From Azolla caroliniana (lineage: Eukaryota > Plantae > Polypodiophyta): a DNA stretch of 64,000 nucleotides. This document shows positions 25,201 to 37,720 of the stretch, piece by piece; positions within the stretch are counted from its first letter, which is position 1, and each line of letters opens with the position of its first letter. Both the position numbers and the translations under genes were made by a program. Location: positions 23,560,001 to 23,624,000 of the forward strand of contig JBHGNT010000002.1 of NCBI GenBank assembly GCA_043228905.1, read 5' to 3'. A model generated the notes under the pieces. The model was given only the letters and a program-made list of their open reading frames with translations, was not told the origin of the DNA and made no database searches.

Positions 25201-26141
25201 TGTCATGCTCTTGCTTATGAATGGTGTTGGGTGCATATGGAGACGGTTCTGATCTATGAAATCAGTTGATTTTCCTATTGTTAATACAGGCATTTAGATA
25301 ACTTACTTCTGCGTGAAGATGGCCGACTTTTTCATGTTGATTTTGGGTTTATACTTGGTCGAGATCCCAAGCCATTTCCACCACCGATGAAATTATGCAA
25401 GGAGATGGTAGAAGCAATGGGTGGAGCAGAGAGGTGAGAGGTTATCAGGACTAGTATTATTCATAATCTAAAAAATAGAAGAATAAATATTGAACTTTTC
25501 ATATTACAGCCACCATTATGGACGTTTCAAATCCTATTGCTGTGAGGCATATAATATTCTGAGGAAATCAAGCAATCTGATTTTGAATTTATTCCATTTA
25601 ATGGCTGGAGCAAACATTCCTGACATTGCCATTGATCCAGAGAAAGAGATTTTGAAGGTACACAAAAAACTGTCATCTTTTTATGATTGTATAAAAATGT
25701 ACAAGCAAAATGCTATTGTAATTTTATCTTTATATACCACTGATTTTTTCTTATTTCTCCAAAACCCACGGGAAACCCTCAAAAAGAGACAAGGGGATGA
25801 ATTGACCATATATTTGCTCAAGTAACTCATAATTCTTTTCTGGGGATTGGCTAGGGGTGTTTTGGGAAAATAATCCATTTTTGGTAGGAAAATTCCAGGG
25901 AAAATACCTGCCATTTTGGAGTTTTCCGAACATTGAGCAGACTTGTATATATATATGTTTGTAGTTCAAGCTTTTTTAAGTTCACATATATAAACTTTTG
26001 CAGCTACAAGAGAAATTTCGTCTAGATTTGGATGATGAAGCAGCTGTACAATATTTCCAGACACTAATCAATGATAGTGTCAGTGCATTATTTCCACAAA
26101 TGGTAGAGACTATACATAGATGGGCTCAATACTGGCGTTAG
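16276..26141 (+). CDS. VPS34: Phosphatidylinositol 3-kinase class III (VPS34), 17 exons, ~811 aa
   Basis: Exons, all with GT-AG introns: 16276-16384, 17353-17446, 20163-20259, 20345-20503, 20707-20916, 21068-21246, 21340-21487, 21554-21649, 22573-22708, 22967-23088, 23189-23380, 23717-23887, 24144-24281, 24387-24541, 25290-25433, 25510-25657, 26004-26141 (sum 2436 nt). N-terminus [17 protein letters not shown]. Kinase motifs [32 protein letters not shown]-terminus IHRWAQYWR*. Confidence 0.97.
16425..17030. repeat. Degenerate ~40-bp tandem array in VPS34 intron 1
   Basis: Recurrent unit approximately TAATTAGTAGATTCTGAAAGAAATTTCAATATTTTCTTGCC. Confidence 0.65.
17518..17737. mobile_element. Small MITE (~220 bp), intronic family copy 1
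   Basis: TIR AAAACCTCTGAAATAC / GTATTTCAGAGTTTTT; core CATACAATTGCTCAGATA shared with three other intronic copies. Confidence 0.65.
18850..19920 (-). mobile_element. Decayed RTE-like LINE fragment in VPS34 intron 2
   Basis: Minus-strand frames give [15 protein letters not shown] (GLTVNIGKTK-like) and [25 protein letters not shown]...[17 protein letters not shown], matching the post-RT region of RTE-type LINEs. Confidence 0.72.
23413..23660. mobile_element. Small MITE, intronic family copy 2 (VPS34 intron 11)
   Basis: Core CTATTTGAGCAATTATATG at 23496-23514; decayed end ...TTTTGGAGGTTTTCCC. Confidence 0.55.
25745..25930. mobile_element. Small MITE, intronic family copy 3 (VPS34 intron 16)
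   Basis: Core CATATATTTGCTCAAGTA at ~25807, with similar flanks (AAGAGACAAGGGGA upstream, GGGGTGTTTTGGGAAAATA downstream). Confidence 0.45.
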
Positions 26142-28524
26142 GGTATTGGTTGCACTTGTGGTGCACAAAAAAATCATTAACTTCTAGCTTGACTTCATAC
26201 TTCACCAAGAATGTATAAATGATGCGTATACATACATGACATTCTCAGAACAAGTTTGTTGTAAAATGAACTTTTTGTAATGTAAAAGGAGCATCTGCAA
26301 ATATTTCTGAGTATGTTCTCTTGAAATGGAACCATATGGCATGGTATTTTCAAATCGACTTCTGTAGTTTTAGTATAGTGGGTATTTATTTGACAGGTAA
26401 TCTTAATTATGATTCGGTTTGTTATGGTGAATTTGATTTCTTGTATGTATATATTTCAATGTGTGCAGAAGTTTGATTGCAAAACATATTTTAATTTCCT
26501 TGACACTATTTTGAGGTAATTTGAAGACAATGAAGTGTAGGTGGCAAAGCATGAACTATAGTAAAGGCCACAAGCGTCACTGGTTCTTCTCTCATTCTCT
26601 GTCAGACTATAAATGCTCATTTGTGGTTTCGTTGTTAATTTTGACAAACAGTTTTTGTCCTTCTCTTTTTGTGGTGTTGTGATAGTAAAGCTTATGCTTT
26701 TCCACCTTAGGGTTGTGAGTTCAAGGTCCCATGTCCCAAATCATGGTTATGGCTTCCCAAGGATGTTCAAATATTATCATCATCACGATAACCATCTTAA
26801 TGCTTCTGGCCTTCTGCATCATCTCTCGCATCATCTCTCTTTATGAATCAAGGATATACTTGAAAATGTGTCTATCCCCACTTCAAACTTTCAGATAGTG
26901 TTTTAGTAATGATTATGGAATCGAAATAAGATGTTCATTTCTCTTTCATACATGAGATTTATACCATACATGGATTAATTCTAGATTTTCTTGGTCTCGT
27001 AATTTTTATTATCACCTTTCAACTCATTTAAATTGGTGGACATTTGATGATCAGGTAATAAATACTATGGGGTTATTTCATCCAAGTTCATTTTGATATG
27101 CTTGATGCATAGCTCATAAGCATAAGATTGTACTAGAACTAGGGATGAATAAAGACATTTCGTTACTTTTGAAGTGGGCGAAGAAGACTTATCAAGGTTC
27201 CCAGGAATTTTGAAAGTCTGAAAATGGGATACATAGGTCAAAATTCTATCACCATGTTATCTTTGACCCTTCTCAATTGTCAAAGGAATAATACATACAT
27301 TTATTCATGTCATAATGTGATCAGTTAAAGAGCCTTTTGATGCGATCCTCCCACCAACTCTTCCACTAGAGCTTTTGAGGGCATCATTGTTATACATGAA
27401 AACATATTTAAGTGGAACATTAGCAAGTTCCCCATGAAATTTTGTATCCTTATTTTCAAGGATGAATGCATTTTGGAAATGAGGGAGTAGTGAACTAACT
27501 AATGCTATCTATTTATTTATGTGTATGTGTTGTAATAGTTAAGATCGTAATGACCTTATCATTCTTTGAGGATACTTGAGAGTCATGGGGAAATATTAGG
27601 GGAATTTGGCCATGAAGTAACAAGCTAGGATTGGGAAATAGGATAACATTTAGGTTTGCTTTTGTATTTGTGCATGATACAATGCATATTTAGTTTATAC
27701 TAGATAACATAGTTTCATTGATTTGGATTGTATATTGTTGTGAATCACCAAGTCTAATATCATTGGAATTAGAAGGGCACAAAAGACAAATGTTGGCAAC
27801 AAATAAACATGAAGATAATCGAGTGGAACAAAGAAGAAAAGATAACATTCAATATTCTTTATGATTACTACTATTTTTGCATCGATGTATATCCTTGACC
27901 TTTGAAATATGAAAGTAAAGAAAAAGTGAACAAAGATAACAAATGACATTCATATGATGTAGTTTTTATATTAGGGAGAAGGAGAATAAATTTTATAATA
28001 AAGAATGAACATGCACAAAATGATGAGTGCATTGTTCCTTGGAAATACATTAAGGGGGTGGTTAAGTATCCACCATGGCATCCACTATAAGGGGTAAACT
28101 ACGAATGTATCAATAACAAATAAGAACTCGAGGAAAAGTTAGTGGAGAGGGTGGAAGTGGTAGAAATAGAATGCATAAAATAGTCGAGCGATATTGTGTA
28201 TATGATTTGACTATTGTAATGATGAGACAAGAATCAAGATACATCACATAACATGGTTTTACTATAAGGTATGGTTTATGACTATATTTATCATGAATAT
28301 AATTTTGTACAAGTATACATTTACAAGCATGATAAGAAATTACCTATATGGATATGACTTGGTATGGTAATGAGTAATTCAATGTCAGTGTGGTAAAATT
28401 ATATTTAAATCTTGATATTTATGTGATGCATTCTAGATATTGTGAATACTTATTTATTGAGATTAAGGGGGTATGAATAATGATGTACTACATGAAAAAA
28501 TTATTGAGAAATAGGTAGTTGGGG

Positions 28525-31238
28525 CTAGAATTGTGCCCCCGAAAATGTTTGGCCATATTGCCAGTTTGAAGGGGCAACGTTGAATGAAGTAAGGGTACGA
28601 CCGTCACTTGTGGTGACACGAAATGAAAGTGCCTGATTGTTGAGGATGGCATTGGTTTGCCAATTTTGTCCCCAATTACGCCTCATTACTTGCCACCCTG
28701 TTCTTGTACCCTTCACAGACATTGCATGAACTGCCCCTAGACCACCAACATTTGTCACCAACACCAAATTGAAGTAGGAGTGTCCGTTGATGGTGAAACG
28801 AATGCCCCCTGTCTTCCTACATGTCACTCTGTGTCGACAAACAAAATTAAATGTAAGAAAAAGCTTTACATTATTATTAGAAGGCAAGACCATTATTTGA
28901 AATTGTAATCCACTCACTCTCACCTTTAGTACATTTAAATTATGTAGCCAACTTAGGATAATTTGATGGAGCATGTAAATATAAGAAAAAAAATATAAAT
29001 ATTTTAAAGTTGAGTGCCCATGATTGAGTTGAGGAGCATCAATTGTGTCCTACCACTATGAGCACTTCGAAGGTTATGATTTTGCATAGAGGAAACAATA
29101 GAAGTGTCTTTTGTTGTTGTACGACTAGGGATGTTGACCATAGATTTCTTGAAAAAAGAAGTTACATTTATGAGTATACTGATGCCACGGAGAAAAAGGC
29201 TGATGAGGAACATGTGGATCTCAGCAAGCCATGTGAGAAATAATACCATAAGCCTTGCCATTTGTTTGGCAAGAGAAAGTCTAGACCTTGATGTTTGCAC
29301 ATGAACTTTGAAGGATGCATTAGGGAGGGGTTGTGGAGGAATTTCAAATATATATATTGGCATCAACCTTAGTATAAGAAAGAAATCTTACTTGAAAAGG
29401 TAAAAAGAGTATATAGGATCCACAAAACTTACAATTCAAGACAATTCAGCACATTGTTAAATTTTCTAAAAGAATACATCAATATGATGTGCAAGATGCC
29501 AGAAAGCATGTGAAAGCAAGAAATCTTGAGGCACGAGACCTTGTGTATGCCAAAGGTTCTATTGAGTATGCATCTTTGAATAAATATATATAAATAAAAT
29601 CAAATGGAGTTGGGTGATCATGAGACTTCTACGTTAAGTAAACTCGTGAGAACACATAAATGACAACATGTGAGTTTTGTAAAAGATCAATGCATTGTTG
29701 AGCAATAAGGAAAATGTATACTTATTTGGAAAGACACACACATGCACGCACGCACACACACACACAAACACACACACATACGCACAAACACTGAAATACA
29801 CAAACACAAGTTGTATCTTAGATGGTAAGGTTGTTTCATGTGTTGATCCACAAAAGTTATGTGTTAATCCCTTCCCTATATACTCCAATGGACACTACTA
29901 AAAGTAGCCCCATATAATGTGTTTTGAATTCGTGTGCATGCACAGGTTCGTATGATCAATATGATGGGACTCAAGCCATGGTGAGGATCAAACTTGGGGC
30001 CTCTCAAAAGCTAATGAATTTGATAGGTTTGAACTCGAGTGCTTGCATTTGGTTGATCTTTTTGATGGAACTCATGATGAGGATCCAATATGGGGGCTGT
30101 CAAAATCAACTTGATGAGAGAGAGAGAGAGAGAGAGAGGGTGGGAGAGGAAGAAGATTGGCACATCCTTCAAATGCACTAGTTTGTCTATCTCTTCAACA
30201 ATTGGACAAATTTTTAAAAGCTCGAGCCTATACTTTAATACCTCGATCCTCAACTATGCATCCTCCTATTAATATGGTAGGTAGTCCAAGAAGAACAAAG
30301 GAACTAGCAAGTGTGCATGAGATAGCACTATGTCCGAGTCTCTTGGGACACACTAGAATAATGGGGTAAAATGTCTCTCTTTCAAAACAAAGCAGAGGTT
30401 TTGGTTCCCCCCCAACACCCCAGCATATAACTCCAATGAAAGCTATATTAAGTACCAAGAGTGAAAATGAATTAGCATAAAGTTAGTGCAATAATTCCTA
30501 CATTATACACAAGCATGAATAGATCTAACAACCATAGCTTAATCCACCTAATAACCATAATGACATCTACCTCAAGACAACGGATCGACTCAATGGCATC
30601 CAATCAATCCCATTTCTAATTAAGATTGGTTCATATCTGCTCAGCATTGAATCTTTTTTGTCTTTGTTTTTCCGATGAGAATCATATTTAGAGAAGCATA
30701 TGTAGAAGCATAAGTAGTCAATTTTTAAGCTCTAATTCTCTCTCCATTGATGCACATTGAATACACCACCTACTAAATTCTAGAGAACTCAAAATAAATT
30801 CATTAGCAAAAATTAGGCTTCTAATTCTAATTCAAGCATACTATTACCGTCGGTACTCGACGGGGACAATGCCGCCTTTGTATCTTGCGATCCGGAGGAA
30901 CGCGGGTTGAGCAAGGTCAAAATGTGGCAATGGCGGGTTACACCACCCGCCCGCGTTGTTGGGTTGGGCATAGTTGGGCGGACAAAAGTTGGTTGCCGTC
31001 ACGACGATCCCTGCGTTGCGCCCACGGGCCCCCCAAGCTAGACACCAACGTGGGTCATCGACACATCGCAAGTGGAAACATGCGCCACATGAACGCCCCT
31101 CATCGAAGAGCACACTGCTTAATGCTGCCGTTTGCGTGCCGTATCCACTACTGTATAAGTTCCCATATCCACATGCTCCTCCTAATTCCATTTAAACTTG
31201 GATATATTCAAGAATCAAAACACATAATCCACATCAAA

Positions 31239-31273
<35 letters not shown>

Positions 31274-32261
31274 CATATTAGACTCATGAACTAGCCCTAA
31301 CAACCTCAGTCCACAATGCACATACATCAATGAAGTAAGGTCCACAACATCATCAATTGGGGGTCTAAACAACAAACATTAAATTAGATCCATCATGGAC
31401 ATGGTCATCATTGATCAATGCACAAACATCATCCTTCATAATCCATTGTAGGGACTAAGCACAATATCATTCCAATGACCATAAATTTCCTACATAGCCT
31501 ACGTTCAAATTTAAAAAACCTTCGTACAATACATCTACATCACCCATCGATGTGCTCTCGATGTATACACATCATCACATGCCCATAGCCAAACAACCTT
31601 AGACTCCCAAACATTTGGCATACATTGATGGACCTCAACAATGATACACAAAAAGTGTACTTACAGAATATCTCACTATGATTTCCACATTACAAAATAG
31701 AACCTAACATTATGAAGCCATGCAAGAGGAGTTATAGCATATAAAAACCTAGTGAGCTAGACTTACATGCCATGACCACATGACCTAAATAGATTTTGAA
31801 TGCAAATAGTATGTAGAAGTTCATATCGTCAAACGTTGTCGGGAAACATGAGGGAATTGTGCCTATTTTATGCATATGAGACTTGAAGGTGACAAAAGCT
31901 AAATAAACATAAATGTCACATGAAACATGGTCCACGACAATAATCTTAACACCAACTTTTAAACGAGTCTCTAACACTGATGAGAATTCTCTAAAACCTA
32001 ATCTCAAAACTAACATTAGGCCAATAAATAACATTCGTTGAGGACACTAATATTTTGAGGATGATGGAACCAAAGTAAAGTGTATACATCTTAAATGTGA
32101 GAAGATATACCCATTGTGCCCGATGCATCAGATCCTCCATAAAACGTTGCGTGTGCCCGACTCCATCTAATTCCTAATTGACCCTCCACTAGTACACTTA
32201 CTCTCTCAAGTAACACTATCTCGATAATCAATGCAAATGTTAGAAGATAGATTGCTTCCAT
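28525..32261 (-). CDS. EXPA: Alpha-expansin (EXPA), 3 exons, 262 aa
   Basis: Exons 32261-32111, 31181-30848, 28828-28525 (789 nt, GT-AG). Hydrophobic signal peptide, then [69 protein letters not shown]. Confidence 0.96.
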
Positions 32262-32340
32262 GTTATGCTCAATGCTCTATAACACACACTAGCACACATG
32301 CTCTTGATCTTCCTTTTCTACGTTCCTAGAAGTTTCGTCC

Positions 32341-32348
32341 TTTTTATA
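32341..32348 (-). promoter_or_regulatory. Candidate TATA box of the expansin gene
   Basis: TATAAAAA on the minus strand, ~80 bp upstream of the ATG. Confidence 0.55.
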
Positions 32349-32600
32349 ACATCACAAAAGTTTCTCCACTCACTTTCCCATTTCCTATTTGTTTGTGCCC
32401 ATGTTACTAAGTTCTCATGATTCATTAGAATTAAGCTTAGAAAGGCTAAACAAAAAGAGCATATTGACCCATACCTAGTACTCCTATCCATCCACCAAAA
32501 GTATCATATTAATTGAATTTACCATGAAAACCAAGGATACCGACATTGACCCATTCTGAGTGTTAGTGAAAGAAAATGTATAATGCAACATGAACTTGCA

Positions 32601-32862
32601 TATATTCAACAATTGCCTTTAATTTTTCGAAGCCGTACTTACAAATACCAAGTTTTACGCTTGAGATAATTAAAGCAAAATTATAAAATCTTTGAGATAA
32701 TGTTTTAGGTCTTGGATCTATTATCTTTAGGTATATTCAACAATTGCCTTTAATTTTTCGAAGCCGTACTTACAAATACCAAGTTTTACGCTTGAGATAA
32801 TTAAAGCAAAATTATAAAATCTTTGAGATAATGTTTTAGGTCTTGGATCTATTATCTTTAGG
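32601..32862. repeat. Perfect 131-bp tandem duplication upstream of the expansin gene
   Basis: 32601-32731 appears identical to 32732-32862. Confidence 0.93.
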
Positions 32863-35088
32863 TAAAATTATTTTATTCGAACATAATTTGACCGATATTA
32901 TAATTTAACTTTATGCAAATGCTATTATCTTCTCATGTGAGGAAGGCCGAGAATGTTATTATTTTCAACTTTTGCATAATGTTATTGTATTCCCAACCCA
33001 AGAAGGCAATGCTATTATCATTCAACTTTTAGATTGTAATTTTAAAGTCATACTCTACAAATAAAGATAAATTGTTACATGGTGATTTATTTCCCAATCA
33101 ATAATGGACTCATGACGTGTATTAGTGTGGTTTAAATCTTCACCTAAGGCCATTATTAGATAATAAAGAATGCATTAGATATTGCTTCACAACCAAGTGA
33201 TTTATCTATTGCAAGGTGTATGTCATATCGATTATGGTGTGTCTACACGTTATATAGATGACAAAGAATTTTATATATCAATTGTATATATGTGTGATGG
33301 AAAGGCAATGACCTTCACATTGTGCTTTAGCATGTGATGTCTTTTGTTTTACTCCATAGGCCCTTTTTTTTCGAAACGCTCTATTCCTTGAAATAATCAC
33401 GTATATATGCTCCCAATGCATCACCTTACGTCTCAATATATTAAATCTCATGCATGTAATTGTTGATTCCAAAATCCCTATCGTGGTTGGAGGCAAAAAA
33501 AAGTTGGGACTTACAAAACTCCATATAAGATAAGGAACTTTGCATTTTAGGGCACCTATTACCCCATTTGAAGTTCAATTCAATTCACGATCAATCTAGT
33601 TTTTCAGGTTGTTGAATTGAAGAATGTCTTTGAAAAAAGTAGACAAATTTTAGGTATTGTTTAAAATGCAAGTTGTGGTGCATTGACATAAGACAATCAT
33701 GAGCCAAGATTAGTATAGACCCAAAACCATGACTTCATGATGAATGAACTTAACATGGTAACCAAATTATTGAAATTCCTAGGTGATTTTGCAAAGTGGT
33801 ATTATGGCCCATAACATTATTCCTCTACAATGACATTTCATCAAGATGTCATGAAAGGTGTTCCACATGTGGGGGTTTCCTTATATTCTATGTTAACAAT
33901 ATTATATAAAATAGGTATGCTAGAGCTTACTCAAAGGTAGAGCTTAGCCGCCCACCCGTCCCCAATGGGCAATCCACTCCCTTGCCAATTGTGAAGTTAG
34001 TACTTTGGCAAATTGTAACTTGTACCATTAATTTACTTAGACTAGCTCTAATTATTATCATGCTAATTTAAACCTAAACCCTAAAGCTTCAAAGAGTTCA
34101 ATGAGAAATGGTGTTGTGATATATAAACATTTCTCCAACATTATAACGACATATAAAAATCTATCATCCATGAGCAAAATCAGATAATGTCATAAGTCAT
34201 GTTGTCGTGATATATCTTGTTTAAATGTATTTAATGCCTGAGAAATGGTGGCATAGAATCCTCCTTGCATGAGAGTTAGTTATGCATTCAGATATGTACA
34301 TATTTTACAATTGGATATTATAACATTTCTTCTCTCTCTTTGTAGACTATAATCACTTGGAAGAAAATAGGGTAATCATTTGAATTTGAGCACTTAAAAA
34401 GTGCACTAAAATATGAGACTACATTCTTGAAATGGAGATCAAAGACACAAAGAAGTAACAACTAAAAGAAAGTTTAAGCAAGCTAGTGTTTATGAAGAAA
34501 TATTTCTAGAGGAGCAATTAAAGAGACCATCTCTCTACAAACTAAAACTGAATAGCTTAATACATATGCTGGGGAGTATTTTATATGAATTTTTGGATTT
34601 TAACACATCTCAATATTTCGAAACCAACAATTCACAATTGAAATTCCTTGCTCATTTGTCAAGAGTAGTTTTGATGTAGCAAACTAGATTAAAGGAAATG
34701 TGGGATGGGGTTGCACCCAATGCATGGAAATAGTAGAACAATATCAATGACTTGGGTGCAACAGATTTACCCATTGCTATAAGGGATATTGTGCTAATAT
34801 GTTTGATCCAAACCAACGACGCCTTGTTTGTTTGAATTGTATCTAGTTCTTCATCTATATTTAGAGAGCACTTTTCTATCAACATCCTGTAGTTGTGTTC
34901 AATTATTCACATATGTATTACAGCTTTCATATTGGTATTTTGAGAGTACTTTAGAGTTGGCATCCTACATTAGTGAAATAAAGCGCTAGTATCCTATTAT
35001 GAGTTATGTCAAATCCATGATCTAGTCCTTTACATTATATTATTGCCATTCGAAGATACGAAAAATTTCCCTCCCCCAATATTTTTAT

Positions 35089-36146
35089 GGGAAAAATACC
35101 AAGATACCCCCGGAAGTTCGTCTATTTAATAGAATGCCCCTGGAAGTTCCGAATTTACCAAACTACCCCTATGTCCAAAAAAATACACTCAAATCTACAA
35201 GGCTTATTTACCAGAGTACCCTTAAACCTAAACTTATTTACAACAATGCCACTATATACCTATTTTGACCAATTTCTACCACTTTTATTTTTCAAAATAC
35301 ATCATAAATCAAACTAAATTATCAAAATTATATTATATATAAAAAAATTCAATTGAAAGGTCACCTTTAAATCCAATTCTATGAATTTACACCGAGTTAC
35401 ACTGGCTTAATCCCATAAACCCAAAATTTGTGATTGAAGTGACCAAAACTTAATCTTAAAACCAAAACACTTAATCACACACCAAATTTTACCATTGGGA
35501 CACCATTTTGAAGCCAAAATCCATGAATTTGCGGATTCATAAACAATTTGCGGCCAAAATGTTAAACCAAATCTCACGAAAAACTTTGCTACCAAAATGT
35601 CATTTTAAACGAAATCTCACATAACACATTGCTATTAAAATGCCATCTTAAACCAAATTTCATGATTTTACACTATATTTTGTTAGCAAAATGCAATCAC
35701 AATTAAATCTCCTCAATCTCATCAATTTCAAAAATACTTGCAAACCAAAATTAATTATCGAAATATAATAATTACATGTTAATTTTGATCCATCTATAAA
35801 AAGTGTAATTCCAAAAATATCCACAAAATCAAATATATCTATCGACTCAACAAAATATCTAATAATGCACAAGGTAACCCCATATCCTGATGATGAAAAC
35901 GATTGATCAACCCAATGAACAAGAAAGAAAAGAAAGACTACATTGTTAGGTACAAAGGACCCAAAGAATCGCTTAAGTAAAGAAATTTGAGTTTGAAGGG
36001 TATTCTAGTAAATAGGGCTTGTAGATGTGAGTGTATACTTTATAATGTGTATTTTTTTGGACATAGGGGTAGTTTGGTAAATTTGGAACTTCTAGGGGCA
36101 TTCTGGTAAATAGACGAACTTCCAGGGGTATCTTGGTACTTTTCCC
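35089..36146. mobile_element. Non-autonomous Mutator-like element with ~140-bp TIRs
   Basis: GGGAAAAATACCAAGATACCCC...ATGTCCAAAAAAATACAC mirrored at the right end; 9-bp TSD TATTTTTAT / TATTTTAAT (1 mismatch). Confidence 0.9.
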
Positions 36147-36859
36147 TATTTTAATTTATGAATTAACATATGTGTGGAAGTTTAATTCCTTGCCACACGT
36201 TTTGTTTTTCTCATAAAAAACTATCCTCCATTGGTATTAAAATTAAAGTAGGCAATATACAAGATAATCCAATATTGCAACAAATATTGTATAGCCATGT
36301 CGAATGACTATAGCCAATCTTTCTAGGTAAAGATAAATAATATTTCTAGCCAATCTTATTCATGTTCGGCATATCCAAGAAAAATGTTCATTCAACAACC
36401 CCGTTCTTTCAATCTCAGTAGACATCTCATCGCCACACGTTGTTCTAGCTAGGCCTAACTATCTTAGAAGTAAAATATACTCGGATTGAGACAATTTTGA
36501 CCCTAGTGTTGGTGATACAAGTAGGAGGATGATGTCAAACCACTCTTGATCCTATAAGAAAACAACACGAATGAGTTAGAAAGCTATAAACGTAGTTCCT
36601 TAATACACCCAAACAAGCCTTCTTTTTTTTCCTTTTTTAAAGAAAGATGCACCTTAGTATATTATTTGAGAACTGTACATAGAGAAAACAGAAGGAGACA
36701 TTTCATCACCCAAACAAGCTTAGGCTCACTTGATCACTCTTAATCACTTAATGTTAACTATTATGGAAAGACATAAATAAGAAGAAAGCCAAGCACATCA
36801 ATATTATAAAGGGTTTCGTCCAATAAGTTTTTTTTCCCAACAATGGTTTAAAATTTTAT

Positions 36860-37720
36860 TTTTTTTCCAAAACAAAACTCCTTCCATTAGTTATAAAATT
36901 TTACAAATGAGATGATTATGTACAAATCCCTATAGGGACGCGATAGTTCCATCTTATGTGGATGCCCACTAACTCAAGAAAGGGAGAGGACGACCATTGT
37001 TAGATGAAGGCTATTTGTTGTCTTTCAACTCCGTCGAAGCTACCCTTGAGGCCATCATATTGGCTCTTTAGAGAGGCTACAATTTCACTCCATATCTCTT
37101 GCAATAACATTGTTGGATGCATAGTTTGGTTGGAGAAGACTCGTCTACACCGTTGTTTCCATAGAATCCAAAGAGTTATTGTGCTGACCAATTCCAACAG
37201 AATTTGAGATTTGTCATTAAGAGGAGTTGAGTGGACATTGCCGATGGTGGATAAAAAAACTTCTTGTGCTTTTATCACCAAAGTCATCCCCTCCTCCTGA
37301 TGCTCGTATCTGCCAACTGGGGTCTGCCATGATAGCCAACATATATTTCCCCACTTGATTGAGCCTTGCAGCTGGTATAATTGCAACAAGAGGCCAACCC
37401 CCCGCCATATTCGATGGGATGTTGGGCAGTCCCACAGAGCGTGTCGTATTGATTCTATTGCATTTGGACACTCTACACAATTAGGAGAGCTAAGGTTCCC
37501 ACGTCGCCATGCTCCCACCGGTAGTGACTTATGTATTAATAGCCATTGGAACGTGGTAATTCGTCTCGCGTGTTGTTGTTTCTAGATTTTCTGCCAAAAC
37601 TTGGTGATAATTGTGTGAGGAACTTGATACGTGTGTCAAACCTTTACAACAGTCGGCTCTCGGGCAGTTTGAGCAACTAGGATGTGGCGACCAAACACTA
37701 CATAGTTTAATCTTGTCCAA
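36860..37720 (-). mobile_element. L1-like LINE 3' fragment (zf-RVT)
   Basis: CVECPNAIESIRHALWDC, ITLWILWKQRCRRVF. A poly(T) run on plus (the poly(A) tail) lies next to CCTTCCATTAGTT, the same 3' motif as in the first LINE. Confidence 0.85.

Noticed and set aside
29004-29600. Coding-like stretch in the expansin intron (GSIEYASLN faintly like casein kinase TARYASIN)
   Set aside because: Similarity is too short, with no other kinase motifs and multiple stops; a tBLASTx search would be needed.
33480-33900. Gypsy RT-like debris (similar traces at ~27000-28200, 37800-38330, 46450-47000)
   Set aside because: Too decayed to place boundaries or a reliable call by eye.
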